Both the position numbers and the translations under genes were made by a program. DNA of 35,850 nucleotides from Promethearchaeota archaeon Loki_b31 (GTDB lineage: Archaea; Asgardarchaeota; Lokiarchaeia; Sigyniarchaeales; SOKP01). The DNA is taken from positions 1 to 35,850 of the forward strand of contig NJBI01000036.1 of assembly GCA_005222975.1 (NCBI GenBank). Direction: 5' to 3'. Within the stretch, counting starts at the first letter, position 1, and each line of letters starts with the position of its first letter. Under the pieces are notes generated by a model. It saw only the letters and a program-made list of their open reading frames with translations. It did no database searches and was not told where the DNA came from. Positions 28,026 to 35,850 of the stretch are shown piece by piece.

Positions 28026-28916
28026 ATGAAGTGGAAAACTAAAATAACTCAAATCTTAGGAATTAAGTATCCCCTCGTAATGGGAGCTTTTGGGGGCTGG
28101 GGTAAAGCCGAATTTGCATCGTCTTTTTCAAACGCAGGCGGATTAGGAATTATCGCGGCGTTAAACTTTCCAAATCCAGAGGATTTTAAGAAAGATTTAC
28201 AAAAAATGAGAAACTTAACTGACAAACCTTTTGGAATAAACCTTTCTTTGCCGCATCGTAGCTTAAAAGAAAATGGTGAAGATATTAGAACCAGAAAAAG
28301 ATATATAGATTATGTGGAAATAGCAATCAATGAAAACTGTACTATATTTACAACATCTGGATACAAAGCTTCGTTCATCGGCACAAGAGTTCACGAAGCA
28401 GGTGGCTTATGGTTTCATAAATGCGTGTTGGTAAAACATGCTATTGCAGCAGAAAAAGAGGGTGCAGATGGCGTTACTATAGTAGGTTTAGAAGGAACTG
28501 GATTCAAAAATCCCCTAACAAACAGTACTTTGGTAAACATAACGATGGCAAAAAAATTGCTTAAAGTTCCTATAATTGCCGCAGGAGGAATCGGAGATTC
28601 AAGAGGATTTTTAGGTGCTCTGGCATTGGGCGCTGATGCGGTATGCTTAGGTACTGCTTTAATGGCTACTAAAGAATGTCCCGTGCCAGAGAGAATTAAG
28701 GAAAAATGGCTAAATCTAGATGTATTTGACGAGCAATTTCATAAAAAAATATACACTTTCAATGTAAAAAATTTTATGGCACCTTCAACGGCAATAGGAC
28801 ACCATAACGAAATAATCCCAATGAAAACTTTAATCGAGGAAATGATTAAAAATGCAGAGAATATATTGCAATCTTGGGGATTTGATAATAACGAATTCAA
28901 TACGCTTCGCCTTTAG
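28026..28916 (+). CDS. Nitronate monooxygenase-family protein, second paralogue
   Basis: LGIKYPLV; AGGLGII; TDKPFGIN; PIIAAGGIGD; GADAVCLGT. Confidence 0.88.
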   Translation: MKWKTKITQILGIKYPLVMGAFGGWGKAEFASSFSNAGGLGIIAALNFPNPEDFKKDLQKMRNLTDKPFGINLSLPHRSLKENGEDIRTRKRYIDYVEIAINENCTIFTTSGYKASFIGTRVHEAGGLWFHKCVLVKHAIAAEKEGADGVTIVGLEGTGFKNPLTNSTLVNITMAKKLLKVPIIAAGGIGDSRGFLGALALGADAVCLGTALMATKECPVPERIKEKWLNLDVFDEQFHKKIYTFNVKNFMAPSTAIGHHNEIIPMKTLIEEMIKNAENILQSWGFDNNEFNTLRL

Positions 28917-28948
28917 TATTGGGGTTAAATTATAGGTAGGTTAAAGCC

Positions 28949-29110
28949 ATGAAAAATGATGAGAAAAAAGAAAAATCCAAACTTGACGACGACGAAATAG
29001 AGGAGATTTTCGAGTCAACTTGGAAGAATTGGGCATCCCGTAGAAAATGTGAGCAGAATCATATCCCAGAATATATTAAAAGAAAAAATTTAAATAATGG
29101 TATTCTTTAA
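28949..29110 (+). CDS. Small hypothetical protein, 53 aa (not in the ORF track)
   Basis: MKNDEKKEKSKLDDDEIEEIFESTWKNWASRRKCEQNHIPEYIKRKNLNNGIL; AGGTAGG upstream; T-rich tract downstream. Confidence 0.55.
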   Translation: MKNDEKKEKSKLDDDEIEEIFESTWKNWASRRKCEQNHIPEYIKRKNLNNGIL

Positions 29111-29259
29111 ATCTTTTTGAAATTTTGCTGTTCTTTCGTCATTTTTGTTCAATAATTTTACAAAATTCAAAATATTTATAGGAATTAGGCTAATAGAATA
29201 AATATTAATTAAATCTTAATATAAAAATTTAAATAAAAACAAATAAAAAGTGAATAAAA

Positions 29260-31389
29260 ATGGATGTGCCAATAATTTTAAGTGTTGCACTAATCGCAGG
29301 GATAATTTCAATCGGTCTGGCTGTATATTTTAGATTTTTAGTTTTAAAAGAAGATCCTGGCAACGAAAGAATGCAAGAAGTCGCTGGATATATCGAAGAA
29401 GGGGCTAAAACATACTTAAAAGTCCAATATAAAGTTCTTGGAATCTTTGTAGGAGTACTTTTTTTCGTTATGTTATTCTTACTTCCTAATATGACGAATC
29501 CTGGGACATTAAATTGGGAACAAGCGTTAGCGTACTTAATTGGTTGTATGGGTTCTATGCTCGCAGGTTGGTTAGGTATGTATGTTGGTGTTAAAGCAAA
29601 TACAAGAGCTGCACAAGGTTGTACCATAGGCACAAAAGCTGGTTTTGATATAGCATTTTTCGGAGGAGCAGTAATGGGTTTAGCCGTGGTGGGAGTTGCT
29701 TTAATAGGCGTATCAATAATCTATTGGATTTTTCAGTCTCCTCTTGTTGTGCTAGGGTTTAGCTTCGGTGCCAGTAGTATAGCTTTATTTATGAAATGTG
29801 GCGGTGGAATTTTTACGAAAACGGCAGATGTAGGTGCTGATTTAGTAGGAAAAGCTGAATACAATCTACCTGAAGATGATCCAAGAAATCCAGCAACGAT
29901 CGCTGATAATGTAGGTGATAATGTTGGCGACATAGCAGGAATGGGTAGTGACCTATTCGATTCTTATGTTGCATCCATTGTTGCAGCAATGATGCTTGCA
30001 GCAGCCTTTGGTGTAGCAGGTATTATTAAAGCACCTTTTGCAAATGTAACCTTAACAACTATAGGAACTTCTGTATTTATTGTTACTCCGGTTGTTTATT
30101 GCGGCGTAGGGTTAATTGCTTCGCTTATAGGAATATACGTAATAAAGAATAAAGGTTCTGAAGAACCTGGAAAAGCTTTAAACACAGGGACTTATTTAGC
30201 AACTTTAATCTATTTTGCATTATCCGCTTTAATAACTGTAATAACGATTCTCCTATCAAATGGATTAGGAGACGAGGAAGTGGGCTTATTATGGCGAATA
30301 TGGGGCACATCAGCGATTGGACTAATATCTGGTATTGTTTTAGGTTTTACGAGCGATTATTTTACTCGAGATGATAAGAAACCAGTACAAAACATAGCTC
30401 ATGCTGCTAAAGAAGGTCATGCAGTTGTAATTCTTTCTGGTTTCTCATATGGACTTCTAAGTGTTGTTCCTCCTGCAATGGGAGTTATACTTGCTATGAC
30501 AATTGCATTTTGGTTAGCTGGTGTATTTGGTGTAGCAATGGCTGCTGTTGGAATGTTAGCAATTGTAGGAACAATAGTAACAAATGATGCATATGGCCCA
30601 ATCGTTGACAATGCAAGAGCTATTGCAGAACAAGGAGAATTAGGTGATGAAGTAATTAGAACTGCTGATAAATTAGATTCTGCTGGTAACACCGCCAAAG
30701 CAATTACAAAGGGATTCGCAATTGGAGCTGCGAACTTAACCGTCATGGCTTTAATGTTTTCCTTTGCAGAAGAGGCTGGTATTACTGTTGTGGATTTATT
30801 AAGCGTCAATGTTCTAGTAGGTGCCTTTATAGGAGTTGTTATCCCAGCGCTATTTTCAGCGTTGTTAGTCTTAGCTGTCCAAAGAAACGCAGCGAAGATG
30901 GTCGATGAAATTCGTAGGCAATTTGAAGAAAACCCAAAAATATTAACTGGTGAAGAACCCGCTGATTTCCATAAAACAATTGATATTGCAACAAAAGGCT
31001 CATTACGTGAGTTAATTATACCAAGCATTATTTCTATAACTGTTCCTATTGGTGTTGGAATTCTTTTTGGCGTAGCTTCCTTAGGAGCATTCTTAGCTGG
31101 AGCTATCTTATCCGGATTTGTATTTGCAGTGTTTATGTCGAATAGTGGAGGAGCCTGGGACAATGCTAAGAAATGGATTGAAGACGGAAACTTAGGTGGA
31201 AAAGGAACTGAAGTACATAAAGCCAGTATAACGGGAGATACGGTCGGAGACCCATTTAAAGACACAGCAGGTCCAAGCATTAACACTCTTTTAGTGGTAA
31301 TGTCGCTTACTGCATCGATTTTCATGGGTTTACTTCTAATGTTTAACGGTGGAGCTGGGTTGCTTGGAAACTTACTTACTATATTCTAA
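29260..31389 (+). CDS. hppA: Membrane-bound H+-translocating pyrophosphatase, predicted K+-independent
   Basis: GGGIFTKTADVGADLVGK; EDDPRNPA; DNVGDNVGD; GDTVGDPFKD; GNTAKA has Lys at the Ala/Lys position that determines K+ dependence. Confidence 0.95.
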   Translation: MDVPIILSVALIAGIISIGLAVYFRFLVLKEDPGNERMQEVAGYIEEGAKTYLKVQYKVLGIFVGVLFFVMLFLLPNMTNPGTLNWEQALAYLIGCMGSMLAGWLGMYVGVKANTRAAQGCTIGTKAGFDIAFFGGAVMGLAVVGVALIGVSIIYWIFQSPLVVLGFSFGASSIALFMKCGGGIFTKTADVGADLVGKAEYNLPEDDPRNPATIADNVGDNVGDIAGMGSDLFDSYVASIVAAMMLAAAFGVAGIIKAPFANVTLTTIGTSVFIVTPVVYCGVGLIASLIGIYVIKNKGSEEPGKALNTGTYLATLIYFALSALITVITILLSNGLGDEEVGLLWRIWGTSAIGLISGIVLGFTSDYFTRDDKKPVQNIAHAAKEGHAVVILSGFSYGLLSVVPPAMGVILAMTIAFWLAGVFGVAMAAVGMLAIVGTIVTNDAYGPIVDNARAIAEQGELGDEVIRTADKLDSAGNTAKAITKGFAIGAANLTVMALMFSFAEEAGITVVDLLSVNVLVGAFIGVVIPALFSALLVLAVQRNAAKMVDEIRRQFEENPKILTGEEPADFHKTIDIATKGSLRELIIPSIISITVPIGVGILFGVASLGAFLAGAILSGFVFAVFMSNSGGAWDNAKKWIEDGNLGGKGTEVHKASITGDTVGDPFKDTAGPSINTLLVVMSLTASIFMGLLLMFNGGAGLLGNLLTIF

Positions 31390-31623
31390 TTCAAAAAATT
31401 AAGCAAAAATAAAATTATTTATCTCTTTTTTTTATAATTCTGTAAAATATAGTCCCTGTGATATATAGATTGAACTTCAAATTAAAAAATATTTTTAATT
31501 TTGTAAATAACACCGTTGTAAGATTTCAAATCTCATTAAAAAATCAGTTTGAATATTAAAAAAATGTCAAATTCTAAAATAAATATGTATTTATAGTAAA
31601 GACTCTTTCTTAATTTTGACATA

Positions 31624-31939
31624 TGAGATATGGGGCTGACGGTAGTCATTGAACTGCTGAGGAACCTCACCTCACTTTCCAAGCAAGGAGTAGATAACTA
31701 CTACGGTGAAAATCGTATTTTAGCAACTGAAACGGCACTGCCCTTTTACGTACATTAATGACTTGGATTTAAGCCAGAGAAATTGTAATCGGGAACGGTT
31801 GGAACGAGCTAAAACCTTGGTGTAAGGCCAAATGAAAGCGATGAGTATTTGGAACGAGCTTTAGGTAGGCCGCTTAGTTTGATGCCCCACCTATTTCTTG
31901 GTAACGAGAAGTAGTACAAAAAGGTGGGTATATATCTCA
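31624..31939 (+). ncRNA. rnpB: RNase P RNA, archaeal type A-like
   Basis: P1 TGAGATA/TATCTCA; P2 GGGGC/GCCCC; CR-I GAGGAACCTCACCTC pairing with CR-V ACAAAAAGGTGGG; CR-II GCAACTGAAAC; P15 GGCC/GGCC with GGTA loop; P6 TTCCAA/TTGGAA; P19 with GTAA tetraloop. Confidence 0.9.
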
Positions 31940-31964
31940 GGTGTCGTTTTTTATCTTTCTAAAT

Positions 31965-32669
31965 TTACGCATCCAGAGGAAGATATATTGCAATTTTGCA
32001 CACTTCGTCTCCTTTCATAACAGATTCTAAAACCTTAACTTTTACGGATTTTTGAAGTATTTCTTCCCAGATACCTTTGAAAAAGCCTGCTCCACAGTAG
32101 CAATAAATTTCTGGTAAATCTTCTATTGACGATTTTAAAGCGTCTCTAACGCGAGGACAATGGCAATAAATGGCTCTTTTTTCGTCTGGATCAGTCGTTT
32201 CGAAATATTGTTTGATGTAAGCGCTTTTAGGAATCTTGGTAGCTAAAATTACATTTCCTTCCTTAACTCCAGCAGTACTACATCCTTTTTTAATAATTGT
32301 TTTGATAAGATCTTCATTTAATTTAAGTGTATTCTTGAGCAGAGATTCAAATTGTTGTTGTAGCATTCGATGTGCTACGTTAATATCCTTTGTTTGTTCG
32401 TACTTTTCTCTTATCTCTTGTAATTGAGACTTAGAATAATTACAAGCGCATCCCGTCATGATATCAATTTGTTTTTCTTCGTTAACTAAAGAACTTAATC
32501 TTTCCATAGCTTGATTAGACCAGTTAATAACTTCTTCTCTGGATGATGCATCTGAAAGCTTTTCACTTCCAGTCATTACATCTTTTCTTACTTCTTCTCC
32601 AGCAACCTCGTCTAAACAGTTAGAAAACTTATTTAGCCAATACTTTTCAAAGTCAAATTTCTCGGCCAT
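31965..32669 (-). CDS. Cys-rich hypothetical protein with V4R-like C-terminus (DUF6144-like)
   Basis: GCAC; YCHCPR; YCYCGAGFFKGIWE; ESVMKGDEVC. Confidence 0.7.
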   Translation of the reverse strand: MAEKFDFEKYWLNKFSNCLDEVAGEEVRKDVMTGSEKLSDASSREEVINWSNQAMERLSSLVNEEKQIDIMTGCACNYSKSQLQEIREKYEQTKDINVAHRMLQQQFESLLKNTLKLNEDLIKTIIKKGCSTAGVKEGNVILATKIPKSAYIKQYFETTDPDEKRAIYCHCPRVRDALKSSIEDLPEIYCYCGAGFFKGIWEEILQKSVKVKVLESVMKGDEVCKIAIYLPLDA

Positions 32670-32856
32670 TCGATTTACACTTATTCCTATTTTTGCTTTT
32701 TTTATGTGAAGTTTAATTTAATAATTAATGTCACCAAATAAGAATTTAGATGTTTAATTGTGTACTATTCTTAGAAAAAGCAATCTACCTTTAATATTTA
32801 ATAAAAAATCAAAAAAAATTAAAAAATAAAAATAAAATAAAAAAAAGAAGATTTGT

Positions 32857-33534
32857 TTATTGTCCAACCTCTTTCAAGATTGATGGAATTAAAACTCGAA
32901 AGTTCGTCATGTCGCTTAAACCCTCATTGACATCTGTAGGTTTTACGATATTTAATATTGCAACGCTCGCTCCATTAAAATAGGCTCTTCTCACGCTTTC
33001 TTTTTTTAATCCACCGGCAACAGATATGAGAACATCGTACTTAGAGCGTATTTTATTAATGTCTTTGTACCTAATTATGCTTCTTGGGTTTGCTTCCTCG
33101 TCTCGCCCCTTATGGATAACTACTCCTTTTGGTTTGTTCTTTAGCGCAAAAAGTTTTTTTAACGGATTATCTTGTCCTAACATATCGATCATTGAAAAAA
33201 TTTTATATTGATCGCATGTCTGACTAAAGTAATCCAAGGTTTCTTTTGGAGCAGTACCTGCGGCAGTAACGGCATTGGCACCTGCATTATATGCCATCGC
33301 AACCTCTTCTTGAGCGCCGTCAATAACTTTTAGATCAGCGACGATTAATCCTCGCCAATACCTCCTTATTAATCTGATGCCATTCTGTCCCTCTCTTTTG
33401 ACATATGGCGTCCCAGCTTCTATTATAATTCTCGGGTCGAGAGGAATTTGAGGCAGTATCCGCCTAACTTCGTAAATGGAGTGATTAAATGCAATTTGGA
33501 TGTATCTCGTGCTGGAATTAAATGTTCTACTCAT
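32857..33534 (-). CDS. OMP decarboxylase/HUMPS-family protein (hexulose-6-phosphate synthase-like, divergent)
   Basis: IIEAGTP; VADLKVIDGA (DxKxxD); IDM; IHKGRDEE; SVAGG. Confidence 0.8.
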   Translation of the reverse strand: MSRTFNSSTRYIQIAFNHSIYEVRRILPQIPLDPRIIIEAGTPYVKREGQNGIRLIRRYWRGLIVADLKVIDGAQEEVAMAYNAGANAVTAAGTAPKETLDYFSQTCDQYKIFSMIDMLGQDNPLKKLFALKNKPKGVVIHKGRDEEANPRSIIRYKDINKIRSKYDVLISVAGGLKKESVRRAYFNGASVAILNIVKPTDVNEGLSDMTNFRVLIPSILKEVGQ

Positions 33535-33553
33535 TGACGTTCACCACTGTTAA

Positions 33554-34327
33554 TTACAATTTCTTCAATAACTCGCTAATTCCACCTGGCATGAAAATAA
33601 CTATCTTCTCAGAGGGATCTTGTGAAATATCTCGAATTGTTTGAAGAGTCCTTAATTGAAGCGCTGCTGGGTATGATACCATTATGTTCGCTGCTTGTAC
33701 TAAATTTTCAGCTGCTCCTAGCTCGCCCTCACTCGCAATTATTACGGCACGCTTTTCCCGCTCTGCTTCTGCTTGTTTTGCCATAGCTCTCTTCATTTCA
33801 GCAGGAAGTTCAAGTTCCTGAATATTAATGCTCTTAATGTCGATACCCCAATCGCTAGTCTCTTTATCAACGATACCCCTAATCTCTGTAGCAACCTTTT
33901 CCCTATCAGTTAAAACGCTGTCCAATTCCATGTTACCTAAAACATCTCTCAACGCGGCTTGCGTGTACTGACGCACGGCATAAGCGTAATTTTGAATTTT
34001 TATGATTGCATCTTCTGGCTTTTCAACTTTATAATACACTACTGTATTTACTAAGACAGGTATATTGTCTCTTGTCATTACTTCTTGACGAGGAATGTCT
34101 GCCGTGATGATTCTCAAGTCAACTTTTTGAGATTTTTCTAAAAGCGGGATGATAAATACAACACCTGGGCCAATTGTACGCTTGAATTTACCTAATCTAA
34201 AGATTACGAGCCTTTCGTATTCTAAAACCACCTTAATACCCGCTAATAGCCAGCATCCCAAAAAAATTCCTAGGCCAATTAAGAAAGGTAAAATAATAAA
34301 TAACATATCAAATCCTTGTAATAACAT
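33554..34327 (-). CDS. Stomatin-like (SPFH/band 7, slipin) protein
   Basis: EYERLVIFRLG; VDLR; QEVMTRDN; MKRAMAKQAEAEREKRA; ALQLRTLQT. Confidence 0.93.
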   Translation of the reverse strand: MLLQGFDMLFIILPFLIGLGIFLGCWLLAGIKVVLEYERLVIFRLGKFKRTIGPGVVFIIPLLEKSQKVDLRIITADIPRQEVMTRDNIPVLVNTVVYYKVEKPEDAIIKIQNYAYAVRQYTQAALRDVLGNMELDSVLTDREKVATEIRGIVDKETSDWGIDIKSINIQELELPAEMKRAMAKQAEAEREKRAVIIASEGELGAAENLVQAANIMVSYPAALQLRTLQTIRDISQDPSEKIVIFMPGGISELLKKL

Positions 34328-34598
34328 TTTTCATCATTTTTTATATTTTAATTTAGATTCCAAGAGATACATGGTGACTTAGTATATTTAAATGTTAATA
34401 AATAGTTATCTTCTTTTGTCCAAAAAATTGTAATTCGTAAAAATTTTGTACTTTTTTCTGTATATTTTTATTACTGAAGAACCTAACTCTGATTGGATTT
34501 TTTAGCACATCCAATCTTAACACCATGACAAAATTTTATTAATGTAAATTTTTATATATTCTCATGATACGAAAAAACAAGAAATAGTTTTACTAATC

Positions 34599-34910
34599 AT
34601 GTCTTCATCAATATTTGAGTTTATAGGTTTATCTTTCGTAGTTGTTTTCGTTGCGGTCGTTATCTTTCTTATTCTTGTTATTCTCATCGTATTCAAATTG
34701 TTAAGAATGAATGTAAACGAAGATAATTCTAAGGAGATAGATAAAGATAAGAATATTGTTGAACCCACCGTTCATTTAATCGAACTCTCAAAGAAAGGAG
34801 ATAAGAAAGAAAATAATGCGCGTGTGAATGCCCAATTCTGTACATATTGTGGAGAAAATATTTCTAAGGGACTCAAACATTGCCCGTTTTGTGGAGCAGA
34901 AACTAAATAA
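34599..34910 (+). CDS. Single-TM protein with C-terminal zinc ribbon
   Basis: N-terminal hydrophobic helix; FCTYCG...HCPFCG. Confidence 0.8.
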   Translation: MSSSIFEFIGLSFVVVFVAVVIFLILVILIVFKLLRMNVNEDNSKEIDKDKNIVEPTVHLIELSKKGDKKENNARVNAQFCTYCGENISKGLKHCPFCGAETK

Positions 34911-34926
34911 GGGTTCTTTTTTAATA

Positions 34927-35031
34927 TTAATCGACTAAACTAAATGTTGCATCTTCAGCACCACATTCGGGGCATTTCTCAGGGATGTCCTCTAAATCGA
35001 ATGTAGCTCCACATTCATCACATTTCCACAT
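34927..35031 (-). CDS. 34-aa rubredoxin-like microprotein (not in the ORF track)
   Basis: MWKCDECGATFDLEDIPEKCPECGAEDATFSLVD: WxCxxCG...PxxCPxCG. Confidence 0.85.
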   Translation of the reverse strand: MWKCDECGATFDLEDIPEKCPECGAEDATFSLVD

Positions 35032-35276
35032 TTAGCTTCTCTTTTTGTAACTATTTTTTTAAAAAAAGAGTATGTTTATTAAAGAATAGCTAATAAATCA
35101 TATAAGTGTTTTCATTCGACAAAATTTGCGTTTTCTTCAACTTATTTAGCTTATTAAGTAAATTTCCTCTAAAAAATATAGCTTGTTTCTTATTACACAT
35201 CTCAATTCCCGTATCCTCCAATTCTACCAACCAATTGAAACAAAAAACTTAAATCTTCAAAAAACAATTATTATTC

Positions 35277-35850
35277 ATGGAAAAAAAACACGAAGATAAG
35301 TTAGAAGTTGAAATTCGCGAGCATTCGGACGCAGATTTCTTCCCTGAAAAATGTCCCTCTTGCGGTAGCGAAAAAATTAAACGCAAAACATATAAAATGC
35401 GAACAATTCAAGACCTTGGCACACCGACGATCTGTAGGCGGATAAGATACGAGAAAGTAACGTTCATTTGTAAGGATTGTAAGAAAACATTCACGATCAG
35501 GCATCCCCTCATACCTCCTCGCACTTCATACATGCCTGGAGTAATAAAATACGCTACATTAAGAATATTAAAAGAAGGAGATTCTATTCGTCGCGTAACT
35601 AAGGATCTTAACGAGTTACATCATGTAGAAGTTTCTGTTAGTGAAGTTAAATTATGGGTCGATAAAGAGGGAAAACGGGGCGAATTAAATGTTGATTTTT
35701 CTAACGAAGAACCTCCAAAAGACTTTTCGGGATTCATTTCCATTGACGGGACGTTTAAAGCGGCGACTACAAAAAAAAACGATCTCAAAACGGGAACAAA
35801 AAAGTAGACAAGAAAGGAATACTCGTAGCAAACGACCGAGTTACAAAAAA
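35277..35850 (+). mobile_element. Transposase with N-terminal zinc finger (ISL3/IS1-like), probably frameshifted; truncated by the window edge
   Basis: CPSCG...RTIQDL...CKDCKKTF zinc finger; HTH-like SIRRVTKDL; ISIDGT first catalytic Asp; the -1 frame stays open after the A9C run (35771-35780) to the window end. Confidence 0.75.

Noticed and set aside
30417-31325. 302-aa antisense ORF inside hppA
   Set aside because: Shadow frame of a conserved hydrophobic gene; no motifs. The same applies to 29229-29633 and 29733-29933.
31799-31860. 12-bp direct repeat 50 bp apart as a mini-CRISPR
   Set aside because: Only two short copies, inside the RNase P RNA, and no cas genes.
1-35850. Selenocysteine or pyrrolysine read-through, tRNA and rRNA genes
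   Set aside because: No interrupted gene continues in frame past a TGA or TAG with family-like sequence, and I saw no cloverleaf or rRNA-like segment.

Overview
AT-rich archaeal DNA, most consistent with an Asgard (Lokiarchaeia-like) genome. This is an inference from the type A archaeal RNase P RNA, GGTGA/GGAG ribosome-binding sites, TATA-type promoters and the gene families present. From left to right: the 5' end of a thiolase (off the left edge); a complete IS1634 element (37-bp TIRs, 5-bp TSD); a 3-hydroxyacyl-CoA dehydrogenase remnant; a family-5 (Dpp/Opp/Nik) ABC importer whose two ATPases both carry extra N-terminal membrane domains; a glycyl radical enzyme (GRE) of unassigned class; an ADH-AOR-activase operon divergent from a TetR regulator; two more beta-oxidation remnants; a solo TnpB; a second group (NMO/FabK-like, second GRE activase, tandem PNPOx-like protein, sulfatase, NMO); a K+-independent H+-PPase; RNase P RNA; a stomatin/HUMPS pair; small Zn/rubredoxin proteins; and a probably frameshifted transposase at the right edge. 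The best candidate for an undescribed system is a catabolic regulon. The same palindrome (AATAAATTTAC-N3-GTAAATTTATT) sits at the GRE promoter (perfect), at the divergent ABC promoter (2 mismatches) and, degenerate, at the TetR/ADH promoter. This links an unusual importer to a non-canonical GRE and aldehyde-disposal enzymes. All motif comparisons were made by eye; no database searches were run.
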